Assembly: GCA_038087875.1 (NCBI GenBank)
Contig: CM075991.1
Span: 8,434,001 to 8,498,000, forward strand
Source: Malacoraja senta
Taxonomy: Eukaryota
Direction: 5' to 3'
DNA: 64,000 nucleotides
The notes beneath the pieces were generated by a model that made no database searches, was not told where the DNA came from, and saw only the letters and a list, made by a program, of their open reading frames with translations. Below are positions 25,546-37,819 of the stretch, piece after piece (position 1 is the stretch's first letter; each line of letters begins with the position of its first letter). The translations under genes were made by a program, and so were the position numbers.

Positions 25546-27957
25546 CGGGAGGTAGCTGGGAGAGGGGTCTCCGAGGAAAGGGGATGGGAAGATGGTGGTG
25601 GGAAGCACGTTTACATGTTGCTTCTAACATTGAGTCACCACCGTAACTAGTGATTAGACATTGGAAGTGATTTCATGCATTACGCATTCAGTTTTTGTAT
25701 AAAATGGCTCTGGTAAGAAATCTCCAAGCAGAAAATGGTCAGCTTTGCTGCAGAGGGGACAGCTTGAATTAGTTTATTTGTTAGTCAAAGTATCTTAAAA
25801 GTAAATGATCGACGACATATCAAACGTACGACAACCTTAAGATAAACTAGGTATACAATAATCAGAGATAACCACAGATCTGTAATGTTGAGCAGAAAAC
25901 CACACCTTGTACGAATCATCTCCCTCCCACCCCACCCAACATCCATAATGAATAAAAGAGGTGTCATCTTGTAGCATCACAAAATCTATAATTATATTTT
26001 CCTCTCTTCCGTCAGAGCTCAAACTTAATGGTTCCACAACTGCTCTCCAATCCCTCACCCAGGCATTGAATCCTGTCCAGTTCATCCACAGGATCAGAGC
26101 CAAGTTTGATATTGTTCTTAACTAATATTCACACGTCAGCTAGCAAATTATTGAAGCCTGCCAACATATTTTGATTCACTTGGCACAGGCAAATACTTGT
26201 CAGGCACAGTTCAAATGAAGATTCCTATAAAGTGAGAGATTCATTGTCTTGGATCAAAACTATTTGAAAGACCTAATTCCAGTTTCTGTGACGGCACCGA
26301 GCGTTTGACGGCTCTGGGCCTGTACTCGCTGGAGTTTAGAAGGATGAGGAATTGTGGAATTCTTTGCCTCAGAAGGCTGCGGGGGACATCAATGGGTGTT
26401 ATTAAGGCAGAGATAGATGATTTCTTGATTGGTATGGGTGTCAGGGGTTATGGGGAGAAGGCAGGAGAATGTTAAGAGGGAAAGATAGATCAGCCATGAT
26501 TGAATGGCAGAGTAGATGGGCTGAATGGCCCAATTCTGTTCCAATCACTCATGAACTTTACAGAATATGCTGGAAATACTCAACAAGTCTGCAAGCAGCT
26601 GTGGAATGAGAAGCCACGTTAATGTTTTGAATCCAAATCCCTTGTCGCTCCACTAGATCTTGTTTGTTAAATTTTCAAACCAGAGCTTCATTTTCTCCTG
26701 TAGCAGATGCGAAGCTTGAATACTATAACAAGTAGAGTATTGGTCAGGCTAGAAATGAACAATGATCACACAAAACATCACATGGTATTGAGGGAATTTA
26801 ATTAATCGGCAAACCAGACTTTTCTTCCTTTAATTAAATTCTCCACGAACTGACCTAAATAAAAATGGAAGTGTGCCAATTTAAGACATAGATCAGAATG
26901 AACTTAATGTGCCTCTCCCATACCTGAAGGAAAATATGTTGGCTGGACATCAAACCAATGGAACTTGTAGCTGGGCTTTTTTTATATGGAGATAGAGTGT
27001 GGAAACAGGCCCTGTGGCCTACAACGTCACGGGCAACGATCACCCGCACGCAAGGAACATCGCACACGCAAGGGACAATTTAAAGAAGCCAAATTAAAGG
27101 TTCAAAGGTTATTTATTGGTCACATAGGTGTAGTGAAATGCTTATTACCAATGCAGCACATAAAAAAAATTAACCTACAAACCTGCATGTCTTTGGAATG
27201 TAGGTGGAAACCAGGGCACCCAGAGAAAACCAAAGCGGTCACAGGGAGAACGTACAAACTCCACACAGACTGCACCCATAGTCAGGATCGAACGTGGTCT
27301 CTGGTACTATAAGGCAGCAACTACTGCACCACCGTTACACTTTGATCCTTTTGCGCTGCAAGTCCAGTTGAATACAAGCAACTGGAATAAATGAAGCAGC
27401 CAAACTCAAACCCAACACCAGCTATTGGGATTCCGTGCGCCCATTGATAAATTGCACCCTAACACAGATATCACAAGCAGGGTTTCTGGAAACAAGCAAG
27501 AAGAGCAGAAAAGCAGAAATAGAGACTATCGTACGCTGATGTTCAAAAAGATCTGGGTGTCAGTACAAGAGGCAAATTTAGCATGCAATTAAAATGTAAA
27601 TAGAATTCTGGCCATTATTGCAAGAGGCTTGGATTACAAGACAAGACCAAGAACGACTTGGGTCTCCGTGCAGGGCCTCAAGATCATTTTAGCACCTTGC
27701 TCTCATTACCGAGGTTTAGTTAATTACCAATTGTACTTGGGCAATTAGCACTTTCCCAGTACAGCAATGTACAGTACTTGGAAAAGGGACTAAGATGCAG
27801 ATTTAATTTCTTTCTTGCTTTATTGTGCCAACAATATGCAACATTTCCTTTGGTGGCCTTCAACAGGCAGCCTGTTGCCTGGAACATATGCCACCCATCA
27901 CTCCATTGCAAGACCAGGCGTCTACAATCCAGAGATATGAACATTGAATTCTCCAAT

Positions 27958-28245
27958 TTTAGTTTAGAGATACAGCGCGGATACAGGCCCTTCGGCCCAC
28001 CGCGTCCACACTAAACAGTGATCCTAGCACATTAACACTATCCTACACATGCTAGGGACAATTTTACATTTATACCATGCCAATTAACCTACAAACCCGT
28101 TGGACTTTGGGAGTGTGGGAGGAAACGGAAGAAAACCCATGTGGTCACGGGGAGATTGTACAAACTCCGTGCCGACACCATCCATAATCAGGACCTGGGT
28201 CTCTGGCACTGTAAGGGCAGCAACACTACTGCTGTGCCACCCTGT
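27958..28245 (-). mobile_element. HE1-like SINE
   Basis: Tail, V-core and B-box remnant. Confidence 0.8.
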
Positions 28246-28804
28246 TACATTAGTAACTAATGTGAATACATCTCACCCTCACACCCGTCTTCCACCCAAC
28301 CCGTCTCCTGGGCCTGTACCCATTTCTCTCCTCACACCGACATTCCTTCCGCGGGCTTCACAACTTTCACTTTTATCTTCATCTCCCGCCTTTCGTCTTT
28401 TCAACTCTGCCTTTGCCCAACCGTCTGTCTCATCAGAAAAAACAGCACTTGTGTAGTGCTATCACTGTTTATGTAATACCCGGCTTTTCTATTGCTATTC
28501 AGCAAGTTAAGACTGCCAAAGAACAGAAGAGTCTGTGGCGGGATCCCAACCCGAAACATCGCCTATCCATATTCTCTGGAGATGGTGCCTGACCCACTGA
28601 GTTACTCCAGCACAATGTGTCTTTTAATACATTGGAAGGTTAGCTCACTTTAGGGCAATCCAAGATCTTGGTGAAGCCTAATCAATTGCAAGTTACAAGT
28701 TTGTGGCTAGCTTGTTGCAGTGAGATAAGGAACAGAGGGTTCACGCTAAAGATACCTCTGATGCATGTGGGACCATACAGGAAAGTTGACTGCTACTTAT
28801 TGTT

Positions 28805-29056
28805 GGCGATACAGCATGGAAACAGGCCATTTAGCCCACCAAGTCCACAGCTTCCAGCGATCCCCATATACACTAGTTCTATCCTACACACTTGGGACAA
28901 TTTACAGATGCCAATTAACCTCCAAATCAGCACGTCCTTGGGGAGGTGACCCATGGGGTCACGGGGAGAACGTGTAAACTCCGTACAGACAGCACCCGTA
29001 GTCAGGATCAAACCCGGGCTTCTGGTGCTATAAGGCAGCAACTCCACCGCTGCGCG
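28805..29056 (-). mobile_element. HE1-like SINE
   Basis: Similarity to other HE1 copies. Confidence 0.78.
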
Positions 29057-30074
29057 ACTCTGGTAATGAGAGGCATGGGTTAAAATGGGCAAATACCAAG
29101 GACTAGTCACTATACCTTTGCGGAAAGTGAGGTCCTTGTATAAACTGTCAATAGCAATTAATTCCTTGCACCTCCATATCCCAGGGGCTCGGTGCCAATA
29201 ACCAGGAAGCTACACAAAAGAAGCGCAAACCAGATTATTGCCCTATTCTGGGGTTTGAAAAACCGAGTCCACGCAACCACCCATTCACACACGCTCCATG
29301 TTATTACTTTCACATCCACTCCCTGCACACTAGGAGCAAGTTACAGAGGATAATTAACCCAGAAACTCACACCGTTGGAACCAGTTCCTACTTTAGGTTG
29401 AATAGAAAGGAACTTCAGCTTAGGAACTGAAGATCGATACTATTCAACTTTTCTTTTAATTTGCTTTCCTATCTACAATCTCCCCACAAAAAACATTCCT
29501 CAACGGTCTTCAAAATTGGAGAGCCTCAATCTATCCTGCACTGGTCAGTAATGATGAAAGAAGTGAACTGCGCACAGGGCCCTAATCTTGACACAAATGC
29601 AATGATGTCGGTCATTGCCACATGATCCATCAGCAGTGTCACGGTTTGTTATTGATTTAAACATTTATCTGTTTTTTTGTGAAGCAATGGGGTTGGTCAC
29701 AAATCCAACACTTAAATATGCAACTTTCCATGTCAGAAATTGAGAAAATGGGACTGCAGCTCAAAACGCAACAGGAGAAATGAAGTTCCACTACCACTCG
29801 CAATTAAGGCAATAATTATCTCCTATAAAAGAAAAGCAACTTCCAGTGAAAGCAGATCACACTGATATAGCACACTGTGGACAACTCGACTGTAAGCATG
29901 TGGGGTCTTATTGCTGAATAGATAGCATGCAACAAAAAGCTTTTCACTGTACATGTGACAAGAAACTAGACTAATAGTGAATCACAAATGTCAGCTTCTG
30001 CTTATTTGCCAGCACTGCCAGCCGAGCCACAAAGTGCAGGCCTAAGTCCCAAGATGGCAATCCAAACACAAACT

Positions 30075-30347
30075 GGTGGGTGGCACAGTGTGGCCAGGTT
30101 CGATCCTGACTATGGGTGCTGTCTGTACGGAGTTTGTACGTTCTCCCTCTGTCTGTGTGGGTTTGCTCCGATTTCCTCCCACATTCTAAAGGCGCGCAGA
30201 TTTGTAGGTTAACTGGCTTCTGTAAATTGCCCCGAGTGTGTACGGTGGGAAACCGGGATCAAATAGAACTAGTGCAGGCGTGATCGTGGTCAGTAGGGAC
30301 TCGGTGGGCCGAAGGGCCTGTTTCCACATTGTATCTCAAAACTAAAA
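30075..30347 (+). mobile_element. HE1-like SINE
   Basis: GGTTCGATCCTGAC B box and CR1-type tail. Confidence 0.78.
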
Positions 30348-30439
30348 TCCCAAGCAGATATTCAAGTGTTGAAGGGCTGCTGTGCTGTGGGAGGGGTTCT
30401 CCTTCATATGAGATGAACAATCTTATCTCAGAATATCTC

Positions 30440-31606
30440 TGTTATTCATCGATTACAGCTCGGCATTTAACACAATCATCCCCTGGTTGACCAAATTCGC
30501 AGAACTGGGTCTCTGCGCATCCCTCTGCAATTGGATCCTCGATTTCCTCACTCTCAGACCACAGTCTGTTCGTATTGGTGGAAATGTGTCAGACTCGATA
30601 ACAATTAACACGGGAGCACCTCAAGGCTGCGTGCTCAGCCCCCTGCTGTACTCACTCTATACTCATGACTGCGTAGCCGGACATAGTGCGAACTCCATCA
30701 TCAAGTTCGCTGATGACACCACTGTTGTGGGACGTATCACTGATGGTGATGAGTCAGAGTATAGAAGAGAGATCGAGCAACTGTCCATATGGTGCCAGCA
30801 CAACAACCTGGCCCTCAACACCAGCAAAACCAAGGAACTGATTGTGGACTTTGGAAGGGGTAGGATGGGGACCCACAGTCCCGTTTATATCAACGGGTCG
30901 ATGGTTGAAAGGGTCAAGAGCTTCAAATTCCTGGGCGTGCACATCTCTGAAGATCTTTCCTGGTCCGAGAACAATGATGCCATTATTAAGAAAGCACATC
31001 AGCGCCTCTACTTCTTGAGAAGATTACGGAGAGTCGGTTTGTCAAGGAGGACTCTCTCTAACTTCTACAGGTGCACAGTAGAGAGCATGCTGACCGGTTG
31101 CATCGTGGCTTGGTTCGGCAACTTGAGTGCCCTGGAGAGGAAAAGACTACAAAAAGTAGTAAACACTGCCCAGTCCATCATCGGCTCTGACCTCCCTTCC
31201 ATCGAGGGGATCTACCACAGTCGCTGCCTCAAAAAGGCTGGCAGCATCATCAAGGACCCACACCATCCTGGCCACACACTCATCTCCCTACTACCTTCAG
31301 GTAGAAGGTACAGGAGCCTGAAGACTGCAACGACCAGGTTCAGGTAGAAGGTACAGGAGCCTGAAGACTGCAACGACCAGCTACTTCCCCACAGCCATCA
31401 GGCTATTAAACCTGGCTCGGACATAACACTGAACTTTACTAGCCAATACTGTTATCAGTATATTGACCATTATCAGTATATTGACCATTGTGTATATATT
31501 TATAGAATGCCTTGTAGTAAATGCCTACTATGTTGTGCTCAAGCAAAGCAAGAATTTCATTGTCCTACCAGGGACACATGACAATAAACTCACTTGACTT
31601 GACTTG
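30440..31606 (+). mobile_element. Rex1/Babar LINE, 5'-truncated (RT C-terminal half)
   Basis: ORF 30487..31347 with [27 protein letters not shown] and [19 protein letters not shown] plus (CTTGA)n tail. Confidence 0.92.
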
Positions 31607-34319
31607 AGAATAGAAAGACATGAACTGTTTCAGCAAGCAATTGAATTAACCTTGGTGTATTGGCCGATAATTGTCCTTCAAGCTGTAATACTGGAAGAAG
31701 TTTTTTACCCCTTCTGGTGATATCATTGATAAAGCCATCAAGTATGGAAACAGGCCCTTTGGCCCATCTTGCCCATGCCATCTAAGATGCCCTATCTACA
31801 CTAGTCCCACCTGCCTGCATTTCGCCCATATCCCTCCAAACCTTTCCTGTTTGTCCAAATGTCTTTGAAATGTTGTTATAGCACCTGCCTCAACAACTTC
31901 CTCTGGCTGCTCATATACCCACCACCCTCCGGGTGAACAAGTTGCCCTTCATGCTCCTATTAAATCTTTCCCCTCACATTAAACCTACGACCCCTGGTTC
32001 TAGATTCCTCTACCCGAGGGGAAAAAACTGTGCATCTCCCCTATCTATTCCCCCCATGATCGAGTACACTTCTATAAGATCACCCCTCATCCTCCTGCAC
32101 TGCAGGGAATAAAGTCCTAGCAACATCCTCAAAGGTTTTCTCTGAACATCTTCCAGCTTAACAACTTTTCTAGAGCAGGGCGACCAAATTGATTGTGAAA
32201 TAAAGTTAGTGGTAATAACAGCCTCCGAAATATGTTGCAGTTATTAAAGTGCTTAGGGATAATCCGAGATCATAAGGGCAATATAATCACATCTTCTCTA
32301 CTCCCCCAGGCACCTCACTGCAGAATGATCAGCATATGACACAATATCACATTAGAGATATCAGGCTTGAAGAAGTTTCATAGAAATAGAGGGAATTGCA
32401 TAGCTTAAAGACTAGTCATCTAATCGCAAGGCCACAAGTGGCGAGGGTAGAATGTTGAAGTGTAATAGAAAGAAGGCTCGATGGCTCATCAGGAATTTTG
32501 GGGAGTGTTGGAGGTTACAGAGATGGGAAGATCAAACACTTTGGAAGACCAGAAAGGAAGAATGGATTGTTAAATCCAAGAGGCAATTTACATCAGTAGA
32601 CACAAGGAGGAAAGCAGAATACATACACCTGACCCGCTGAGTTACCCCAGGCACTGCGAGCCCACCAGAGTGATAGACAAGCTCACATTTGGAGAGTAGT
32701 TAGTATCCAGCAAGAAAGTAATGAACTAGAGGAACTCAAATGTGCCAACGTGCAGGGTTTTCAGTAGCAGATTAAAGGCATTGATATGAGTGTACTGTAC
32801 TAGCCTGGGCCTGAATTAGCAGTGGTCCAGAATGCAGTGTAAGCACAAAACAATCAACACTAACACCGTCAGGCATTTTCACAGATCAGTTATTCCCAAT
32901 TATAAATCAACTGGGAGACAAACGCTGAGTCAGCCAACAGGACATCCTGGTAACAAACTTGGCTTCTAAAATGAATTATTTACATGTATTCAAATTGCCC
33001 CCAGGCAGGTTAAATACTGTGGTAAACTTAATATATAATAATATCAATTTCAGCACCAAAGATCATCTATACCTCAGCATTTGCAAAATGCAGATATTCA
33101 ATGATGTTATTAGATGTTTAGGGATCTTGGCAGGGCAGGTGGTGAGCATGAGGGAGATGTGTGTTCATTCCTAGAGCTGTGGATCTTTGGTGTTCTCCTT
33201 CAAAGTCACAACCAACTTCATGATAAGTCACTAGATTTTTCAGGGGACACACAGTCTCGAGGTCGATAATTGTCCTCATCTTAACAAAACGTATGGCTGG
33301 CTTGATGGATCAGATGGTCTGTTCATGAATACAAGGAGCAGGGGCAAGGCTTCTTCTTGTGCTGTCCATCTTGTTACAAATGTTGGCCTCGCTGTCATCG
33401 TCCGTCCTGAAAAGGACGCAAGCTTCCGGCGACAATCAGTGGAAGCCATCACTTGTCGCAATAAATGATGGTGGTAGCAGAATTAGCTCGGGATACTTCC
33501 AGTATCCAGCCCCACGACGTGGATGCTTCTGCTATGGGGCCAGGGGCAAGGCTGATCTGATATCAGGTTTTCAGAGAAATCAATGCTTTTATTCCCTTAG
33601 GTAGCAAGTGATGTGGCGAGAGGCAAGGAGAGCATTAGTTTTAGTTTAGTTAGCTTAGTGATACAGTGTGGAAAGACCGAGTCCGTGCCGACCAGCGATC
33701 CCCGAACTCTTACACCATCCTACACACTCTTGGGACAATTTACAAGTTTTACCTGACTACGAGTCTGTCTGTACGGAGTTTGTACCTTCTCCATGTGACC
33801 ATGTGGGTTTTCTCCGGGTGCTTCGGTTTCCTCCGACACTCCAAAGATGGACAGTGTAAGAAAGGCAGACGGACCTTGTAGCTCGCAGTCACACCATTCG
33901 AAAGAGGAAACTTATCTGACAGAAAACTCGAGGCACAGACCAGCCACAATTGCATTATCCAGTGGCGCAAGCTCAAGGGGTTTAATGTTCAAGTTCTGCA
34001 TCTACCCCTGACACAAGTGAACATGGTTATTCATATAAAAAAAAAACAAATGCAGCCAATGTTAATTTTGTTAATACAAAATGAAAATGCAAAGATATTT
34101 TGTGGGCAAGGCAGATCTTGCACTGCATCTTTAGTTAAGGAAAATTATCAACCTCAAGTCTGCTATCTGGCCTTATCAGAAAAGTCTGTCCAAAAATACA
34201 TTGACTCAGTTTTAGATGCAGTTGTACCCGTTTGCTCTTGCAGTAGAGAATTTTAAAGATCCTTTGCCTCTGGAGCTTGCATCTTAGAGTTTACACTTTA
34301 AAAAAAAACTTATCAGTGC

Positions 34320-34632
34320 ACTGGAAACAGGCCCTTCAGCCCACAAAGTCCATGCTGACTATCAATCACCTGTTCACACTAGTTCTATGTTATACCATTT
34401 AATCATCCACATTTTACCATTAGGAACATTTTTCTTCCACTAGGGACAATTTACAGAGGCCAATTAACCTACAAGCCTGCACATCTTTGGGACGTGGGAG
34501 GAAACCGGAGCACCCGGAGAAAACCCATACGTTCACAGGGAGAACATGCAAACTCCACACAGACAACAGCTGAGGTCAGGAGCGAACCCATGTATCTGGC
34601 ACTGCAGCAGCTCCACCAGCTCCACCATTGTG
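34320..34632 (-). mobile_element. HE1-like SINE (duplicate at ~43943-44255)
   Basis: Similarity to other HE1 copies. Confidence 0.75.
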
Positions 34633-36169
34633 ATTTAATATTTGAGTCAAGTATTCAATAAAGCCAAGCAAGTTGGTTATTAGGCCCAAGCGCTGTTAGT
34701 ACTTTTCAAAAAACTTGCACATAGTTTTGCAACTTGCAACTGCAACTTGCAAAATGCAACTTGCATTTATAACCCCATTAACCTATGTCCTTAATCACCC
34801 ACTGTGATTGAGCAGAACACCAGTGGCTCCAATGACAGAAGATTGTGTGCCAGGTTCTGGCGCTGCCAATTAAAGAGTTGGCTGGAATATATCTAGGCAA
34901 CAAAATACCAATTGGTCACAATTATAAATTAAAATCTGCTCTCAAGTTTCATACACTAAAGAACATGCATTTAAATCCAAAATACAGAATGCAAAAAAAA
35001 GGACAACTTCACAATAATTAAACCTGAAGGGAATACCTATGAGGTGACAATCCACCGACTGTGAATTCTTAAAATAAAAGCATTAAGTGATGAAAACACT
35101 CAGCAGGTCAGGCAGCTGTTTCTCATTCCACAGATGCTACCAGACCTGGTGAGTGTTTCCAGCATTATACTGTTTTTACTTCAGAGTTCCAGCATTTACA
35201 ATTTATTGTGATCATCTTTAACCAATCTCTTCCCTTAGGTGGCTCGTTAATGTCCCACCTTAACATCAGTCATTCAAGGGGAGTGGGCTTTGCACCTGAG
35301 CCATTTCATTGCCATCTCTAATTACACATGAGGAAATGGCAATAAGATGCCTTCTTGAACCACTGCAGTCCACTCGAAAATTAATCACTTGTTGTACAGC
35401 TGGGATGTACAAAAAGGGTTTGCAGAAAGTTCCCCACCCCACGAAGATGTTGTTTTCAAATTTGATTCCACAGCTTGCATCTATTTGGGTCAATAACTTA
35501 AATACAAAGTTAAGATGATAAGAAAAGAGAGTGGCCCAAGCAGCCTCTTGAATAGATAGACACAAAATGCTGGAGTAACTCAGCCGGTCACGCAGCGTAT
35601 CTCTTGAGTAGGTTCTGCCTTTAAATAGTTCCAGCCCTATCCTCAACCCTTTTCATACCACTAACATCCAAAAATGCATACTTACGCAAATGATAGTAGA
35701 TTGAAACTCATCACCCTGAGTTTTGAGCAAAATAAATGGCATAGCATCTGTGATACAGACAAAGCTTCAACCTCTTAAGAACAGGGATGGGTTTGCTAAA
35801 CACTCTGTTCAGTCTGCAGAAATGATCCTACACTCCTGGCAGTTTATCTCTTCAATTCTCGGCCCCACTACCATTTTCACCCCAGTCTACTTTCGGCCTC
35901 CTTTCTGCACTGCCCTAACAATGCCCAAGTTCGCAAACTAAACGGGCACACCTCATTTCCCGTCAGGACATATGGACACTATTGGGCCTTCTTATAGAAT
36001 CGAATAACATTTAGGGTAGACACAAGGAACTGCAGATGCTGGTTTACAGAAAATACCCACAAAGTTCTGGAGTAACTCAGCATGTCAGGCAGCATCTATG
36101 GTAAACAAAAATAGGTAACATTTCTGGTTGGGACTCTTCTTGCTCCTTGGGACAGAGAGATTCCCCATC

Positions 36170-36970
36170 ATATATATATAACCATAACAGCACGGAAACA
36201 GGCCATCTCAGCCCTTCAAGTCCGTGCCGAACATTTAAAAACATTTTTTTTTTTAAATTAAAAATAAATTCTTCCCCCTAGTCCCATCTACCTGCACTCA
36301 GACCATAACCCTCCATTCCTTTCCCGTCCATATACCCATCCAATCTATTTTTAAAGGATAACATCGAACCTGCCTCCACCACTTCCACTGGAAGCTCATT
36401 CCACACAGCTACCACTCTCTGAGTAAAGATGTTCCCCCTAATGTTCCCCCTAAACTTCTGTCCCTTAATTCTCAAGTCATGTCCCCTTGTTTGAATCTTC
36501 CCTACTCTCAATGGGAAAAGCTTATCCACGTCCACTCTGTCTAACCCGCTCATAATTTTAAAGACCTCTATCAAGTCCCCTCTTAACCTTCTGCGCTCCA
36601 AAGAATAAAGACCTAACTTGTTCAACCTTTCTCTGTAACTTAGTTGCTGAAACCCAGGCAACATTCTAGTAAATCTCCTCTGTACTCTCTCTATTTTGTT
36701 GACATCCTTCCTATAATTAGGCGACCAAAATTGTACTCCATACTCCAGAATTGGCCTCACCAATGCCTTGTACAATTTTAACATTACATCCCAACTTCTA
36801 TATTCAATGCTCTGATTTATAAAGGCCAGCACACCAAAAGCTTTCTTTACCACCCTATCTACATGAGATTCCACCTTCAGGGAACTATGCACAGTTATTC
36901 CTAGATCCCTCTGTTCAACTGCATTCCTCAATTCGCTACCATTTACCGTGTACGTCCTATTTTGATTCCT
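36170..36970 (-). mobile_element. CR1 LINE 3' fragment with open ORF2 C-terminus
   Basis: ORF 36278..36931 with QRDLGITV and LYKALVRPILEYGVQFWSP. Confidence 0.92.
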
Positions 36971-37017
36971 TAATGAAAGCTAGATTTTCCCCTCAAATCT
37001 CTTTGTCCCAAACAGAT

Positions 37018-37070
37018 GGGGTGGAGGATTGCAACCTTCACGTGGTCCGCCCTGTTTCGACTAATGCAAT
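37018..37070 (+). ncRNA. Minimal HDV-like self-cleaving ribozyme (predicted)
   Basis: P1 GGGGTGG/CCGCCCT with G1.U wobble; P2 ATTGCA/TGCAAT; P3 ACC/GGT; L3 TTCACGT; GT followed by a minimal P4; J4/2 CTAA with the putative catalytic C at 37061. Confidence 0.85.
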
Positions 37071-37155
37071 CAACTTGACGTGCACAAACGGAAGATCAAA
37101 TAGAACAAGATGTCCAACAACTTTAGGCTGTGCACGCCACACGGAAGAAGAAGAA
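37018..37155 (+). mobile_element. 138-bp HDV-ribozyme-headed non-autonomous retroelement, copy A
   Basis: 13-bp TSD GTCCCAAACAGAT (37005-37017 and 37156-37168); (GAA)n tail; homologous copies at 46642, 54433 and 63650. Confidence 0.9.
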
Positions 37156-37787
37156 GTCCCAAACAGATTTGAACCAATTATTATTTACTGACTTTCATCT
37201 TGATCTGTATCTTGTCACAGACCTAGAAATGTCAATGAGCAGGCTGACATACATGGTAGAGGTGTAACAAAGTTACCCCTCAGATTCCTATTAACAGTTA
37301 TTATATACACAGATCACTTGAGGGGGTAACTTTTTTTCACACACAAAGGGTGGTGTGGGTGTATGGAACAAGCTGCCAGTAGAGAGGCAGTTGAGGCAGG
37401 GACTACTATCCCAACGTTTAAGAAACATCTGGACGGGTTTGGAGGGATATTGGGCAGGTGGGGACGAGTGTGGAAGGGGGGCCAGTATGGGCAAGTTGGG
37501 CCGAAGGGTCTGTCAGCAAAGAAAGAGACGAAAAATGACAAGGCAAACCCTAATTTTCCGTCGGGACACATTGACACTATTGTATGTGTTTTAAAAAAAA
37601 ATGGTAATATGAACATTTAGGGCAGTGACTCTATCTGTTAGAGAGGGCGAACGTTTTAATTCCCGGAAGCAGGGCTTTTATGTTTAAAACACTGGTGATT
37701 AAAAGTGTGTGTGTGTGGGGGGGGGTTGTTGTTGCAAATATATATATATATATATCTAGATATATAAATATATGATATAATACTCAC

Positions 37788-37819
37788 ACCACCAGCCTGG
37801 AGATGAGCCACGACACCAT
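37788..37819 (-). CDS. REEP4: REEP4 coding exon 1 (MVSWLISRLVV)
   Basis: GCCGCC-ATG-G Kozak context; 32 nt; GTGAGTA donor; matches the REEP1-4 N-terminus. Confidence 0.95.

Noticed and set aside
33276..33604. Short ORFs in a mildly CpG-retaining intronic segment
   Set aside because: No frame gave a recognisable protein or a convincing splice pair.
36973..37191. Recurrent peptide GVEDCNLHVVRPVSTNAIN (also 46597 and 63605)
   Set aside because: Incidental translation of the ribozyme element; start and stop come from unrelated flanks.
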